Positions 38,565 to 48,195 of a stretch of DNA of 48,195 nucleotides are shown here, piece by piece; positions within the stretch are counted from its first letter, which is position 1; each line of letters begins with the position of its first letter. The position numbers and the translations under genes are program-made. Source of the stretch: an uncultured Sulfurimonas sp. GTDB taxonomy: Bacteria > Campylobacterota > Campylobacteria > Campylobacterales > Sulfurimonadaceae. The notes beneath the pieces are model-generated. The model did no database searches and was not told the DNA's origin. It was given only the letters and a program-made list of their open reading frames with translations. The stretch spans positions 1-48,195 of the forward strand of contig CAYWVG010000001.1 of the NCBI GenBank assembly GCA_964461645.1. Reading direction: 5' to 3'.

Positions 38565-39863
38565 ATGTTAAGATTTGCGCCTAGTCCTACTGGTGATATG
38601 CATATAGGGAACTTAAGAGTCGCCCTATTTAACTTTATTGTGTCAAAGCAAAAAAAAGAAGATTTGATAATTCGCATCGAAGATACAGACAAAGAGAGAA
38701 ATATTGAAGGAAAAGATCAAGAAATTTTAGAAATTTTAGCTCTTTTTGGCATCACATATTCTCAAGTTATGTATCAGAGTGAAAACGTCCGCTTTCACTC
38801 TGCTATGGCTTTGCAACTTATACATGAAAAAAAAGCTTTTAGCTGTTTTTGCTCACCTGAATGGCTTGAGAAAAAAAGAGAAGAAGCAAAAGAAAAGAAA
38901 GAACCTTATAGATATGATGATGCTTGCAGAAACCTACCTGATGAGCTAGTTATAGATAACCTTAACCCTTTTACCATAAGACTTGCAAGACCAGCAGACA
39001 CCATCATCATAGATGACTTGATAAAAGGTAAAGTAAGCTTTGAACCTGATGCTGTGGATAGTTTTATCATTATGCGTCAAGACAAGACTCCAATGTATAA
39101 CTTTGCTTGTGCTGTAGATGATATGCTCAGCGACATCTCTTTAATTATCCGTGGTGAAGACCATATGAGTAACACTCCAAAACAAGACCATATTAGGAAG
39201 TCTTTAGGCTATGATAAAAATGTACAATATGCACATTTACCTATCATACTAAATGATATGGGTAAAAAAATGAGTAAAAGAGATGATGCTTCTAGCGTAA
39301 AGTGGCTTTTAGAAGAGGGTTTTATTCCAAGTGCTATTGCAAATTATTTAATATTAATAGGAAACAAGCCTCCTTGTGAAATATTTGATATGGAAGATGC
39401 TATAGAGTGGTTTAACTTAGAGAGTATTTCAAAGTCCCCTGCTCGCTTTAGTATGGATCTACTTAGACATGTAAACAAAGAACATTTAAAGAAGATGGAT
39501 GCAACTGAGCTTTCAAGATATGTTGGTTTTGCAGATGCTAACATTGGAGAGCTTGCAAAAATCTACCTAGAAGAAGCATCTACTACAAAAGAGTTAAAAT
39601 CTAAAATAACTACTATTTTTGCCCCAAAAGAGATGCCACAAGAGTTTAGTGAAGCTGCAAAAATCATAACTCAAACCATTAAAGATGCGCCCTATTTTGA
39701 GGAGTATGACGAGTTTAAGAACTATGTTATGAAAACCTCAGGACTCAAGGGTAAAGACTTTTTTAAACCACTTAGGATTTTACTAACTGGCAAAGAAAAT
39801 GGTCCAGATCTTGCTATGATTTACAAATATTTGAAAAACTATATAGGAGAGATTGTTAAATGA
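38565..39863 (+). CDS. gltX2: glutamyl-tRNA synthetase, GluRS2 type
   Basis: [33 protein letters not shown]; short form closely resembling Helicobacter GluRS2. Confidence 0.9.
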   Translation: MLRFAPSPTGDMHIGNLRVALFNFIVSKQKKEDLIIRIEDTDKERNIEGKDQEILEILALFGITYSQVMYQSENVRFHSAMALQLIHEKKAFSCFCSPEWLEKKREEAKEKKEPYRYDDACRNLPDELVIDNLNPFTIRLARPADTIIIDDLIKGKVSFEPDAVDSFIIMRQDKTPMYNFACAVDDMLSDISLIIRGEDHMSNTPKQDHIRKSLGYDKNVQYAHLPIILNDMGKKMSKRDDASSVKWLLEEGFIPSAIANYLILIGNKPPCEIFDMEDAIEWFNLESISKSPARFSMDLLRHVNKEHLKKMDATELSRYVGFADANIGELAKIYLEEASTTKELKSKITTIFAPKEMPQEFSEAAKIITQTIKDAPYFEEYDEFKNYVMKTSGLKGKDFFKPLRILLTGKENGPDLAMIYKYLKNYIGEIVK

Positions 39864-40144
39864 GCGTCTTAATAGAAATCATTCAGGGTTTAGGCTCTAT
39901 TGTTATAAGTCTTATCACTGTCTATATTTGGGTTATCATCATAACTGCACTTATGAGTTTTGTAAATCCAGATCCTTATAACCCAATAGTTCAGTTTTTA
40001 AACAGAGTAACGCAGCCAGCATATAGATTTGTAAGAAAGTTTATTAGAACTACTTTTAATGGTATCGACTTAGCTCCACTTATTATAGTCATAGCTTTGC
40101 AGGTTCTAATAGTTTTACTTTCTGCCCTGCTCCGCTCCTTTTAA
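39860..40144 (+). CDS. yggT: YggT family membrane protein
   Basis: [19 protein letters not shown] and GIDLAPL motifs. Confidence 0.9.
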   Translation: MSVLIEIIQGLGSIVISLITVYIWVIIITALMSFVNPDPYNPIVQFLNRVTQPAYRFVRKFIRTTFNGIDLAPLIIVIALQVLIVLLSALLRSF

Positions 40145-40147
40145 GCA

Positions 40148-41764
40148 ATGCTTAAGTTCACTTTGTTACTTTTTGTATCAGCATCTCTTGCTGCTGATAT
40201 AACACTTCAAGATATAGAATCAAAGCCTACTAGTCGGATGAAAAATTTTATGATTTGGCAGTTTCTAAAGCAGGATATAACTCCTAAAGAAGCTGACAAA
40301 GCATACTCATTAGTTGAGGGAAATAGTTATAAAATATATGCGGAGTACATTAAAAAGACTGACAATAAAGATATAAAGAAAAAAATCTCTTGCCAAAACG
40401 AAAAAAATCTCCTCTCGATCAAGGATGAAGAATGTCTAAAGCTTGCCTTTTCTCTTTATAAAACACTAGCTATGACAAAAAAGCAAAGAGAATTATTGGC
40501 TTTAAAAGTAAATGATGAGTCTAAAAAAGAGCTTTTAAAGATACAAAGCGAACCATATACACAAAACTCTTATGAAAAATATAACGCAACTACAATTCTT
40601 ACTAACTTTATAAGTACAACAAAAAAACATAGAAGAGAAAACTTAAATATCATATTAGATGAGGCTTTTATAAATTCTCTAGATAGTTCATGGAAAATAT
40701 CTCAATTTGTAGAAATTATTTTACATGATGACCAACTAGATAAACTAAAGCTATCGCTTTTAAAGCTAAGAGGTGATAATCTCGACTCTAAAACCAACTT
40801 CCAACTTGCTCTTAATCATCTTTTGCATCAAAACAAGGATGAGGCCATATCTTTTTTTGAACTCTCACTAAAAAAAGCTAAACATAGAATAGATATAGAT
40901 AAAAACTATTTTTGGATATATAAAGTAAGTAAAGATAATAAGCACTTAGATGAACTACTAAAGAGTAGTGATATAAATATATATACTCTTTTTGCGCATG
41001 AGATGCAAAATAAAGAGGTAGATAATTACTTTAGTGCAGTCGAAACAAATGATAAAAAGGCCTCAAAAGATATAAACAACCCTTTTGAGTGGAATAATAT
41101 CTTACAAGAGATAAGACAATCTCCAAAAGACAAGCTTTATGAATTGTCACAACAGTATATGCATCAAGAGATGATACCAGTTCAAACTATGATACTTGAG
41201 AGAGCCTATAGCTATAAAATGCATGGGTTTGTTATGCCATATAGCAACTATTTAAGAGATGTAGAAAATGATGATAAAGCTCTCATCTATGCGATAATGC
41301 GTCAAGAGAGCAACTTTATACCATCAGCCCTTTCTACCTCATACGCTTTAGGTTTAATGCAGATTATGCCATTTTTAACGGATGATATTTCAAAGAGAAT
41401 CAAAGAACCAGTAGAGAGTTATGAAGATATGTTTATACCAAAAAACAATATCAACTACGCTCTAAAACACTTAGCCTGGATGAAAAAATCTCTGTATCAC
41501 CCTCTTTTTATGGCTTATGCTTATAATGGTGGAATGGGATTTTTAAGAAGACATCTTGAGGGTGGAACATTTGGCAACTCAGAGTATGAGCCATATCTTA
41601 GCATGGAGCTTATGGCAAACAATGAGAGCAGAGAGTATGGTAAAAAAGTATTAGCAAACTACGTGATGTATAAAAAAGTTTTAGGAGAAGATGTCTCTAT
41701 TCTTCATCTTTTTGATAGACTAAAACATCCGAGCGAGACTGATCGGTTTCGAGTACAAGGCTGA
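40148..41764 (+). CDS. slt: soluble lytic murein transglycosylase
   Basis: Signal peptide; AIMRQES, ALGLMQIMP, AYNGG, ESREY motifs. Confidence 0.9.
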   Translation: MLKFTLLLFVSASLAADITLQDIESKPTSRMKNFMIWQFLKQDITPKEADKAYSLVEGNSYKIYAEYIKKTDNKDIKKKISCQNEKNLLSIKDEECLKLAFSLYKTLAMTKKQRELLALKVNDESKKELLKIQSEPYTQNSYEKYNATTILTNFISTTKKHRRENLNIILDEAFINSLDSSWKISQFVEIILHDDQLDKLKLSLLKLRGDNLDSKTNFQLALNHLLHQNKDEAISFFELSLKKAKHRIDIDKNYFWIYKVSKDNKHLDELLKSSDINIYTLFAHEMQNKEVDNYFSAVETNDKKASKDINNPFEWNNILQEIRQSPKDKLYELSQQYMHQEMIPVQTMILERAYSYKMHGFVMPYSNYLRDVENDDKALIYAIMRQESNFIPSALSTSYALGLMQIMPFLTDDISKRIKEPVESYEDMFIPKNNINYALKHLAWMKKSLYHPLFMAYAYNGGMGFLRRHLEGGTFGNSEYEPYLSMELMANNESREYGKKVLANYVMYKKVLGEDVSILHLFDRLKHPSETDRFRVQG

Positions 41765-42200
41765 TTTTATCATTAGTATCTTGCTTAAATGCTACGAGAT
41801 AGTATAAAGTCCAATCATTTTCAGCTAATGTAAGGTGCGAAAATTTATTTTTGGCATCTAGTTTTTTTATCTTTATCGGGAGCTTAGAATTTAGCTTCAT
41901 TGTAAGTTTTATATCATCTAATTTTTTAGGATCAAACATCTCTTTTTTTTCTTTTAAGTAGAGATATACATAGAAATATTCATCATTTGTGTAGACCTTT
42001 GGATAGACTTTATTAAGATATACGACAGAGACTATCCCCTCTACATTGTCTAACATTTTTATCTTTGAGCTTTGCAAATTTGCAGCGCCTAACTCTTGGT
42101 CTTCTTGCATATTAAACTTTACAAATGCATTTTTATCAGCACAAGCTACAAAAAGCGTCAAAATAATAAAAATACCTAAAAAATTTACTGTTTTTTTCAT
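41697..42200 (-). CDS. hypothetical lipoprotein
   Basis: MKK, hydrophobic stretch and LFVAC lipobox. Confidence 0.75.
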   Translation of the reverse strand: MKKTVNFLGIFIILTLFVACADKNAFVKFNMQEDQELGAANLQSSKIKMLDNVEGIVSVVYLNKVYPKVYTNDEYFYVYLYLKEKKEMFDPKKLDDIKLTMKLNSKLPIKIKKLDAKNKFSHLTLAENDWTLYYLVAFKQDTNDKISLVLETDQSRSDVLVYQKDEE

Positions 42201-42299
42201 ATCTTTCTCTCTTCTTTTTCAAAGAATTATAGCTTATTAAACAAGCTTTTAAAGACTATTTTGTATAATCACTTAAAATTTTAAATATAAAGACATAAC

Positions 42300-42803
42300 T
42301 TGAAAAAAAGATTAGCAGTTGCATTTACAGGTCCATCAAACAGTGGAAAAACTACACTTATTTTAAAAGTAGCCAGAAAACTTATTCATGAACGAGGCAA
42401 AAAAGTAGCCATCATAAAGCATGATCCAAGTGATAAGGCTCGTTTTGATGTTGAGGGAAAAGATAGCTATAAGTTCTCAGATACTGGCGCAGAAGTTATA
42501 GTAACTTCACCAACGAGAACTACATACTTCTCAAAAGAACACAAAGATTTAGATGAGATGATTAGATTGTTTGATGATTTTGACATCTTACTTGTAGAGG
42601 GCTTAAAAAACCTACCTCTTCCACGTATCAGTATATTTAGAGACTCACTAGATAGCGATTATTTTGCTTATATGAATGCTCTAGCTATCGACTCTAGCAT
42701 AGATACTGATGAGTACGATATACCAAAAGGTGTTGATATTTTAGACTTGAATGAGTGCGAAGATATAATATCTTGGATACTAAAAAATGCAAAGGAAGTA
42801 TAG
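42300..42803 (+). CDS. mobB: molybdopterin-guanine dinucleotide biosynthesis protein B
   Basis: GPSNSGKTT P-loop, IKHD, GKDS, LVEGLK. Confidence 0.92.
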   Translation: MKKRLAVAFTGPSNSGKTTLILKVARKLIHERGKKVAIIKHDPSDKARFDVEGKDSYKFSDTGAEVIVTSPTRTTYFSKEHKDLDEMIRLFDDFDILLVEGLKNLPLPRISIFRDSLDSDYFAYMNALAIDSSIDTDEYDIPKGVDILDLNECEDIISWILKNAKEV

Positions 42804-43646
42804 ATGACAGATATATTTGAAGCGATTCAAAAAACTGCAAAAAGAATCAAAAAAGCCATAGATGTAAAAGATATTGGCTATTCACAACAAGCTAACAGCT
42901 CTGGAGAGACTCAACTTCAACTTGATATCCAGTGTGATATGATTATTGAAGAGGAGTTCTCGCAGGTTCCGTCAATCCACACAATAGCTAGTGAAGAGAA
43001 AGAAAAAGAAGTCCTTCTCAACAAAGATGGAAAGTATTTTATAGCATACGACCCTCTTGATGGTTCATCTTTAGTTGATGTAAACTTAAGCGTTGGCTCT
43101 ATCTTTGGCATCTACGAAGGTGCATTTGAAGCTAAAAAAATGGTAGCATCTTGCTATGTTGTCTTTGGTCCTAGAGTTGAGATGGTTTTTGCTCATAACA
43201 AAACAAAGCTACACTTACTTCAAGGTGAGGAGTTCGTTTTTGTAAAAGAGATTCGTTTAAAAGACAGAGGCAATATCAACGCACCTGGAGGAACTCAACA
43301 AAACTGGGAGCCTTATCATAAAGAGATGGTGGATAGTTTTTTTGCTGATGGCTACAGACTTAGATATTCTGGCGGAATGGTTCCAGACTTACATCAGATA
43401 CTTCTAAAAGGTGGAGGACTATTTTCATATCCAAATACAAGTGACAGACCTGATGGAAAGTTACGTAAACTTTTTGAAGTCTTCCCTTTTGCTTTTGTGT
43501 TTAAGAGAGCTGGCGGAGAAGCAACTGATGGAGAATTCGACCTGATGGCGTTAGAGTGTTCTGGTATACACGAGACATCTCAATGTTTTTTCGGCTCAAA
43601 AGATGAAATCAAAAGAGTAAAAGAAGTATATGCAAGTAACAGATAA
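42804..43646 (+). CDS. fbp: class 1 fructose-1,6-bisphosphatase
   Basis: [35 protein letters not shown]. Confidence 0.96.
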   Translation: MTDIFEAIQKTAKRIKKAIDVKDIGYSQQANSSGETQLQLDIQCDMIIEEEFSQVPSIHTIASEEKEKEVLLNKDGKYFIAYDPLDGSSLVDVNLSVGSIFGIYEGAFEAKKMVASCYVVFGPRVEMVFAHNKTKLHLLQGEEFVFVKEIRLKDRGNINAPGGTQQNWEPYHKEMVDSFFADGYRLRYSGGMVPDLHQILLKGGGLFSYPNTSDRPDGKLRKLFEVFPFAFVFKRAGGEATDGEFDLMALECSGIHETSQCFFGSKDEIKRVKEVYASNR

Positions 43647-43836
43647 CAAGCAAGCTGATAAGTTCGAAATTTATCTTGATGAGATGATACAAAAAGTCCA
43701 AACTTGTCAAAAAGAGAAAACTTTAGAATCTTGTAGCTTGTGTGAGAAATACTTAGCTTGTGAGTTAAGAAGCGAGTATATAAATGCTGTTTACAACAGT
43801 ATGTCAAAAGGTGAAACTGGCGGTTTTGAGTTCTAA
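43630..43836 (+). CDS. small Cys-rich hypothetical protein
   Basis: [19 protein letters not shown] and [12 protein letters not shown] end; overlaps the fbp 3' end and precedes metG. Confidence 0.75.
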   Translation: MQVTDNKQADKFEIYLDEMIQKVQTCQKEKTLESCSLCEKYLACELRSEYINAVYNSMSKGETGGFEF

Positions 43837-43876
43837 TAAGAGTCATTTTAAGAATTAAAATTAAGGAAGAGAGATT

Positions 43877-45799
43877 TTGAATAAGTATATAACTACACCT
43901 ATCTACTATGTAAATGGCGAAGCACATATTGGGCATGCATATACAACTTTTATAGCTGATACTGTTGCTAGATATGAGAAACTAAAAGGTAATAAGACTT
44001 ACTTTTTAACAGGGACTGATGAACATGGTCAAAAGATAGAAGAGTCAGCTCAAAAAAGTGGTAAACCAACGCAAGAGTTTGCGGATGAGATAAGTGCATC
44101 TTTTAAAAATCTTTGGGATGAATTTGAGATAGGTTATGATAAATTTATCAGAACTACAGATAAAGAACATATGATTGGTGTGCAAAAAGCCTTTGAAGTT
44201 ATGATGGCAAAAGGCGATATCTATAAAGACTTTTATGAGGGTCACTACTGTGTGAGCTGTGAGACTTTTTTTCCAGAAACTCAGCTCGTTGATGGAGAGT
44301 TTTGCCCTGACTGTGGTAAACCCACAAATATCGTAAAAGAAGAGAGCTACTTCTTTAGACTCGCTAAGTATGAAAATGCACTACTAGAGTATTATGAGCA
44401 AAATCCTGATTTTATACTACCTCGCTCTCGTGTAAATGAGGTCAAAAACTTTGTAAAAGGTGGTCTAAGAGACCTATCTGTTACTCGTACTTCTTTTACT
44501 TGGGGAGTTCCTCTGCCAGAGTCTATGAACGACAAAGAACATGTTATGTATGTTTGGCTGGATGCTCTTATGAACTATGTAACTGCACTTGGTTATGGTA
44601 AAGATGATGCAAAGATGGAATTTTGGCCTGCATCAATGCAACTCGTAGGTAAAGATATTTTGCGTTTTCATGCTATTTACTGGCCAGCTTTTCTAATGAG
44701 TCTTGATCTGCCTCTTCCTAAACACATTGGTGCTCATGGTTGGTGGACTAGAGATGGAGAAAAGATGAGTAAGTCAAAAGGTAATGTTATCTCTCCAAAA
44801 GAGGTCTCAGATGCTTATGGAGTTGAAAATCTAAGGTATTTTATGCTTAGAGAAGTTCCTTTTGGTCAAGATGGAGATTTCTCTCAAAGAGCATTTATAG
44901 ATAGAATAAACTCTGATTTAAGTAATGACCTCGGAAATCTTTTAAACCGCATCATTGGTATGAGTGAAAAGTATTCTGAGTATGAGATAGATAGCAAAGA
45001 TGTTCAAATGTATCATAGTAAAGAACTTGATGCAATGAACGAGGTGCTGATGGGTCTTGATGGGTTTATAGAAAACATGCAAACTCATAGATACCTAGAA
45101 GAGCTATGGAAACTCTTCTCTATAGGAAATAAAGCTATAGAAGAACATGCTCCATGGGTTAGAATGAAAGAAGGAAAAAAAGATGAAGCGCTAGCTACGA
45201 TAGCTTTAGTTGCAAATATCTTAGCTAAAGCATCCATCATGCTTAGTCCTATAATGCCAAAAACAACTGCAATAATAGCAGATGCACTAAACTTTACTAT
45301 AGACAATGCAAGTTACAATGAACTTGTTATTGATAAAAAATTATTGAAATTATTTAATATTAAAAAGGTTCCGCCTCTATTTCCACGCATAGAAGAGCCA
45401 CTATTGCCAGAAGCTCCAGAAGCTCAGCCAAATAAACCAGAACAAGATACAAAAGAAGAGATAGTCCAAGACAATCTTATAGAGATAGGTCAATTTTTTG
45501 AAACTTCTCTAAAAGTTGGGCATATCATCGAAGCTGAAGAAGTGCCAAAGAGTAAAAAACTTCTAAAACTTCAAGTAGATTTAGGTGAGAGTAAACCTCG
45601 TCAAGTTGTAGCTGGTATAAAAGAATTTTACTCAGCCGAGAGTCTAGTGGGCACACAAGTTTGCGTGGTTGCAAACTTAAAACCTGCCAAACTTATGGGT
45701 ATGATCTCAGAGGGAATGCTTCTTGCTGCTAAGGATGAAGATGGTCTATGTTTAGTAAGACCTGAAAAACCTAAAAAAGCAGGAACACCGATTGGATGA
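43877..45799 (+). CDS. metG: methionyl-tRNA synthetase
   Basis: HIGH, Zn knuckle (CVSC..CPDC), KMSKS, C-terminal tRNA-binding OB fold. Confidence 0.98.
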   Translation: MNKYITTPIYYVNGEAHIGHAYTTFIADTVARYEKLKGNKTYFLTGTDEHGQKIEESAQKSGKPTQEFADEISASFKNLWDEFEIGYDKFIRTTDKEHMIGVQKAFEVMMAKGDIYKDFYEGHYCVSCETFFPETQLVDGEFCPDCGKPTNIVKEESYFFRLAKYENALLEYYEQNPDFILPRSRVNEVKNFVKGGLRDLSVTRTSFTWGVPLPESMNDKEHVMYVWLDALMNYVTALGYGKDDAKMEFWPASMQLVGKDILRFHAIYWPAFLMSLDLPLPKHIGAHGWWTRDGEKMSKSKGNVISPKEVSDAYGVENLRYFMLREVPFGQDGDFSQRAFIDRINSDLSNDLGNLLNRIIGMSEKYSEYEIDSKDVQMYHSKELDAMNEVLMGLDGFIENMQTHRYLEELWKLFSIGNKAIEEHAPWVRMKEGKKDEALATIALVANILAKASIMLSPIMPKTTAIIADALNFTIDNASYNELVIDKKLLKLFNIKKVPPLFPRIEEPLLPEAPEAQPNKPEQDTKEEIVQDNLIEIGQFFETSLKVGHIIEAEEVPKSKKLLKLQVDLGESKPRQVVAGIKEFYSAESLVGTQVCVVANLKPAKLMGMISEGMLLAAKDEDGLCLVRPEKPKKAGTPIG

Positions 45800-46788
45800 G
45801 ACTTGAAAACCTCCTCGCACTTACACATGGAGTGCTTGTCAATGAGCCATGTGTAAGTAGTTTTGAAAACACTATTTTTGATGTTCACAGAGTAAAAAGA
45901 GGTGATCTTTTTTTTGCTTACAACGCAGATGATATAGAAGTTGCTGTAAAAAATGGTGCCTACGGGATTGTTTTTGACAAACTAGCAGAGGTAAGTGATA
46001 GCGAAATAGCTTGGATAAAAGTTGATAACCTTGATGAGGCTATAAAAAGACTTCTTCGCTTTAGGCTGATTGAAAAAGAGATTGTTGCATATGAATGTAA
46101 TGAAATAGTTTTAAAACTTGCGCTTCAAGTCATAACACAAAACAGTTTTTTAGTTGTTTTTGGAGATATGAGAAGTGTTTTTAAATCTCTTTGGCTAGTA
46201 GAAGAGAGAGCAACTATACTTTTTTGCCCTACCTTAAATTCTAAAGATATATTTACCAGCGTAAGAACTTTAGCAAAAAACACAAGAGCATCGATCCAAA
46301 TAATGGAGCAAACTCTTTTTGAGACTTCCTTTATCTATGATAATGTTTTTTATGAGAGACAGCTTATATCGCCTTTTTTCATTCCCTATCTTGAAGAGCT
46401 TTTGCATCTATATAAAAGTTTAAAAATAGACTTTAGACTTAGAAAATTTACGCCAATTGAACATTTTGAAGCAGTTTTTACAAACAAAAATTTTGAGATT
46501 AAAGAGTTTGGAACTAGTGATAAAGTACTTATATTTGAGCAAAATACTAGCATTATAGAAAGTGAAGTGAAATTTTTACACTCGAGTGCACCTTGGGCAA
46601 AAATAATTATCATTATCCCAGACTTTCTTAACATATCACAAGATGAGAGTATTTTTAAGTATAAACAAGAAAAAGAGATATTTGAAATTTTAAAACAAAA
46701 TAATTTTCATTTTGCTCTTATTGTTGGAGTGGATAAAAGCATCTTAGAAAAAAAGACGCCCTACCACACTCAGCTAACGCTTTTTTAA
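45796..46788 (+). CDS. hypothetical protein with a Mur-ligase-like N-terminal segment
   Basis: VKRGDLFFA...AVKNGAYGIV...IKVDN resembles the MurE/MurF N-domain; no P-loop follows. Coupled to metG (ATGA). Confidence 0.7.
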   Translation: MRLENLLALTHGVLVNEPCVSSFENTIFDVHRVKRGDLFFAYNADDIEVAVKNGAYGIVFDKLAEVSDSEIAWIKVDNLDEAIKRLLRFRLIEKEIVAYECNEIVLKLALQVITQNSFLVVFGDMRSVFKSLWLVEERATILFCPTLNSKDIFTSVRTLAKNTRASIQIMEQTLFETSFIYDNVFYERQLISPFFIPYLEELLHLYKSLKIDFRLRKFTPIEHFEAVFTNKNFEIKEFGTSDKVLIFEQNTSIIESEVKFLHSSAPWAKIIIIIPDFLNISQDESIFKYKQEKEIFEILKQNNFHFALIVGVDKSILEKKTPYHTQLTLF

Positions 46789-47300
46789 TTTAAATTTTTC
46801 TTTATCTCGGCAATAAAATCACCTATGTCATCATAGAGAGCTTGTAGGTCCTCTTCATGTTCTACTTCATCAGCTAAGATTTGTGAGACAATATCATAAG
46901 TAACAATGTCTTTATCCCTTGTGATATCTGCTAGCTTTGAATAGGTGCTAATAGCACACTGCTCGCCTTTTATAGCTTGCTCTAAAACTGATAATACACT
47001 TGGGTCTTCTGGTGCTTCATAATCACAGTTAGAATTTTTTGTCCAATCATTTGGATGTAGTATTGGTGTTCCACCAAGTTGTAAGATACGCTCACAAACC
47101 ATGTCTGCATGACGCAACTCATCTGCTGCATGTTGAATAAGCTCAGCAACAGCTGCATCTTTCATAATGCCTTTTACTACTTTTGCTTCAACAAAATACT
47201 GATAATACGCAAGCCACTCATCACAATAGGCCTTATTTAGAAGATTTACAACTTCAGTCGCTTCTATACCTTTTAATATCGAGATTCCTCTTTTTGCCAT
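46785..47300 (-). CDS. DPS-like (DPSL, thioferritin) ferritin-superfamily protein
   Basis: DEWLAYYQY, ELRH, RILQLGG, EQCAI, EVEHE di-iron ligands; Cys92 and Cys115. Confidence 0.85.
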   Translation of the reverse strand: MAKRGISILKGIEATEVVNLLNKAYCDEWLAYYQYFVEAKVVKGIMKDAAVAELIQHAADELRHADMVCERILQLGGTPILHPNDWTKNSNCDYEAPEDPSVLSVLEQAIKGEQCAISTYSKLADITRDKDIVTYDIVSQILADEVEHEEDLQALYDDIGDFIAEIKKNLN

Positions 47301-47356
47301 AATTTTGCTCCTTTATTTTGTATTTAAAATTTTTCTAGAGCTCCATTATGCCATAC

Positions 47357-48195
47357 TTAAATAAACTCTCTCTTTAGTGCATCTTTATTTATCTTACTTT
47401 TATCACTTTGCACGAGTGGAAGGGACTTCTTGTATATAACTCTGCTTGGTATCATATAAGAAGCAAGATGCTTTTTAAGCTCAAAAATTATCTCTTTTGG
47501 AGCTAACTCACTAAGCGCTGAGTAAACCATAATGATCTCTTCTTCTATCTCTTCATTTTTTATAGAAAAAACAGCACACTCTTTTATCTGAGGTAAAGAT
47601 TTCTTTACAACAGACTCAATCTCAAAAGGTGAGACTCTAAAGCCTCTAGTCTTTATCATGTCATCATCTCTTGATACAAAATAGAGATATCCCTCTTCAT
47701 CTTTATAAACATAGTCTCCAGATGCAACCACTACTTCATCTCTGAGCTGACCTTCTAAGTTTATGATATCTTTTAAAATTTCAATCGACTTAAATCTTTT
47801 TGCATTTTGCTCAGGTGCCTTCCAAAAACCACGATATATATAACCGCCTCGATGGATTAACTCCCCTACTTCACGTACTTTACACTCTTTCCCCTCTTCA
47901 TTTATAACAAAAAGTTCAACATCAGGTATAGCTTTTCCTATAGACTCAGGTCTTATCTCAATCTGTGATGGATCAAGATATGTTGAGCGAAATGCTTCTG
48001 TTAGGCCGTGCATAGAAAAAAACTGCGCCTCTTTAAAAGTTTTTTTACACTCTTTTATCATCTTTGGAGTTACATTTCCACCAGATGAAGTGATAATCCT
48101 AACCCCATCGAAAAGTTCAGGATTTGGGATTCTATCGATGTCAAAAATTTGCGTGATATTTACAGGCATAAGAGGTAAAATACTCACTTTATCAT
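47357..48195 (-). CDS. AMP-dependent acyl-CoA ligase/synthetase, 5'-truncated at the window edge
   Basis: HGLTEAFRSTYL, SIGKAIP, SGD, RDDDMIKTRGFRVSPFEIE; frame is open to the edge. Confidence 0.88.
   Translation of the reverse strand, partial: DKVSILPLMPVNITQIFDIDRIPNPELFDGVRIITSSGGNVTPKMIKECKKTFKEAQFFSMHGLTEAFRSTYLDPSQIEIRPESIGKAIPDVELFVINEEGKECKVREVGELIHRGGYIYRGFWKAPEQNAKRFKSIEILKDIINLEGQLRDEVVVASGDYVYKDEEGYLYFVSRDDDMIKTRGFRVSPFEIESVVKKSLPQIKECAVFSIKNEEIEEEIIMVYSALSELAPKEIIFELKKHLASYMIPSRVIYKKSLPLVQSDKSKINKDALKREFI

Noticed and set aside
70-46634. Short antisense or alternative-frame ORFs in the track (e.g. 6032-6337, 12355-12645, 18514-18852, 24232-24441, 30716-31069, 38746-38949, 43580-43936)
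   Set aside because: They lie within well-supported genes and show no motifs or RBS; they are shadow ORFs.

Overview
Low-GC chromosomal window from a free-living Campylobacterota bacterium, most like Sulfurimonas (inferred from gene content and order). It is mostly core genome: purU-trmL, flgL, ftsK, secA-lolA-lolE, mltG, a TCA/reductive-TCA block (fumC, acnB, icd, two mdh paralogues, two-subunit fumarase, sucCD, oorDABC), RNase P RNA, tRNA-Leu and tRNA-Glu, a DEAD-box helicase, GluRS2, slt, mobB, fbp, metG and a DPS-like ferritin. No transposase, integrase, prophage or CRISPR array was seen. The most unusual signals are: (1) a TetR gene divergent from rnpB, separated by four 16-bp palindromic boxes at an exact 32-bp period; (2) an RNase P RNA with a 179-nt branched P12 domain; (3) an orphan CI/LexA-like repressor with two TGACA-N3-TG(T/G)CA boxes at its promoter; (4) head-to-head overlapping yhdP-like and mltG genes that both begin MNDK; (5) tandem MDH paralogues that differ at the NAD/NADP-discriminating residue; (6) a receiver plus ribbon-helix-helix response regulator. 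All family calls come from motif recognition by eye; no searches were run.
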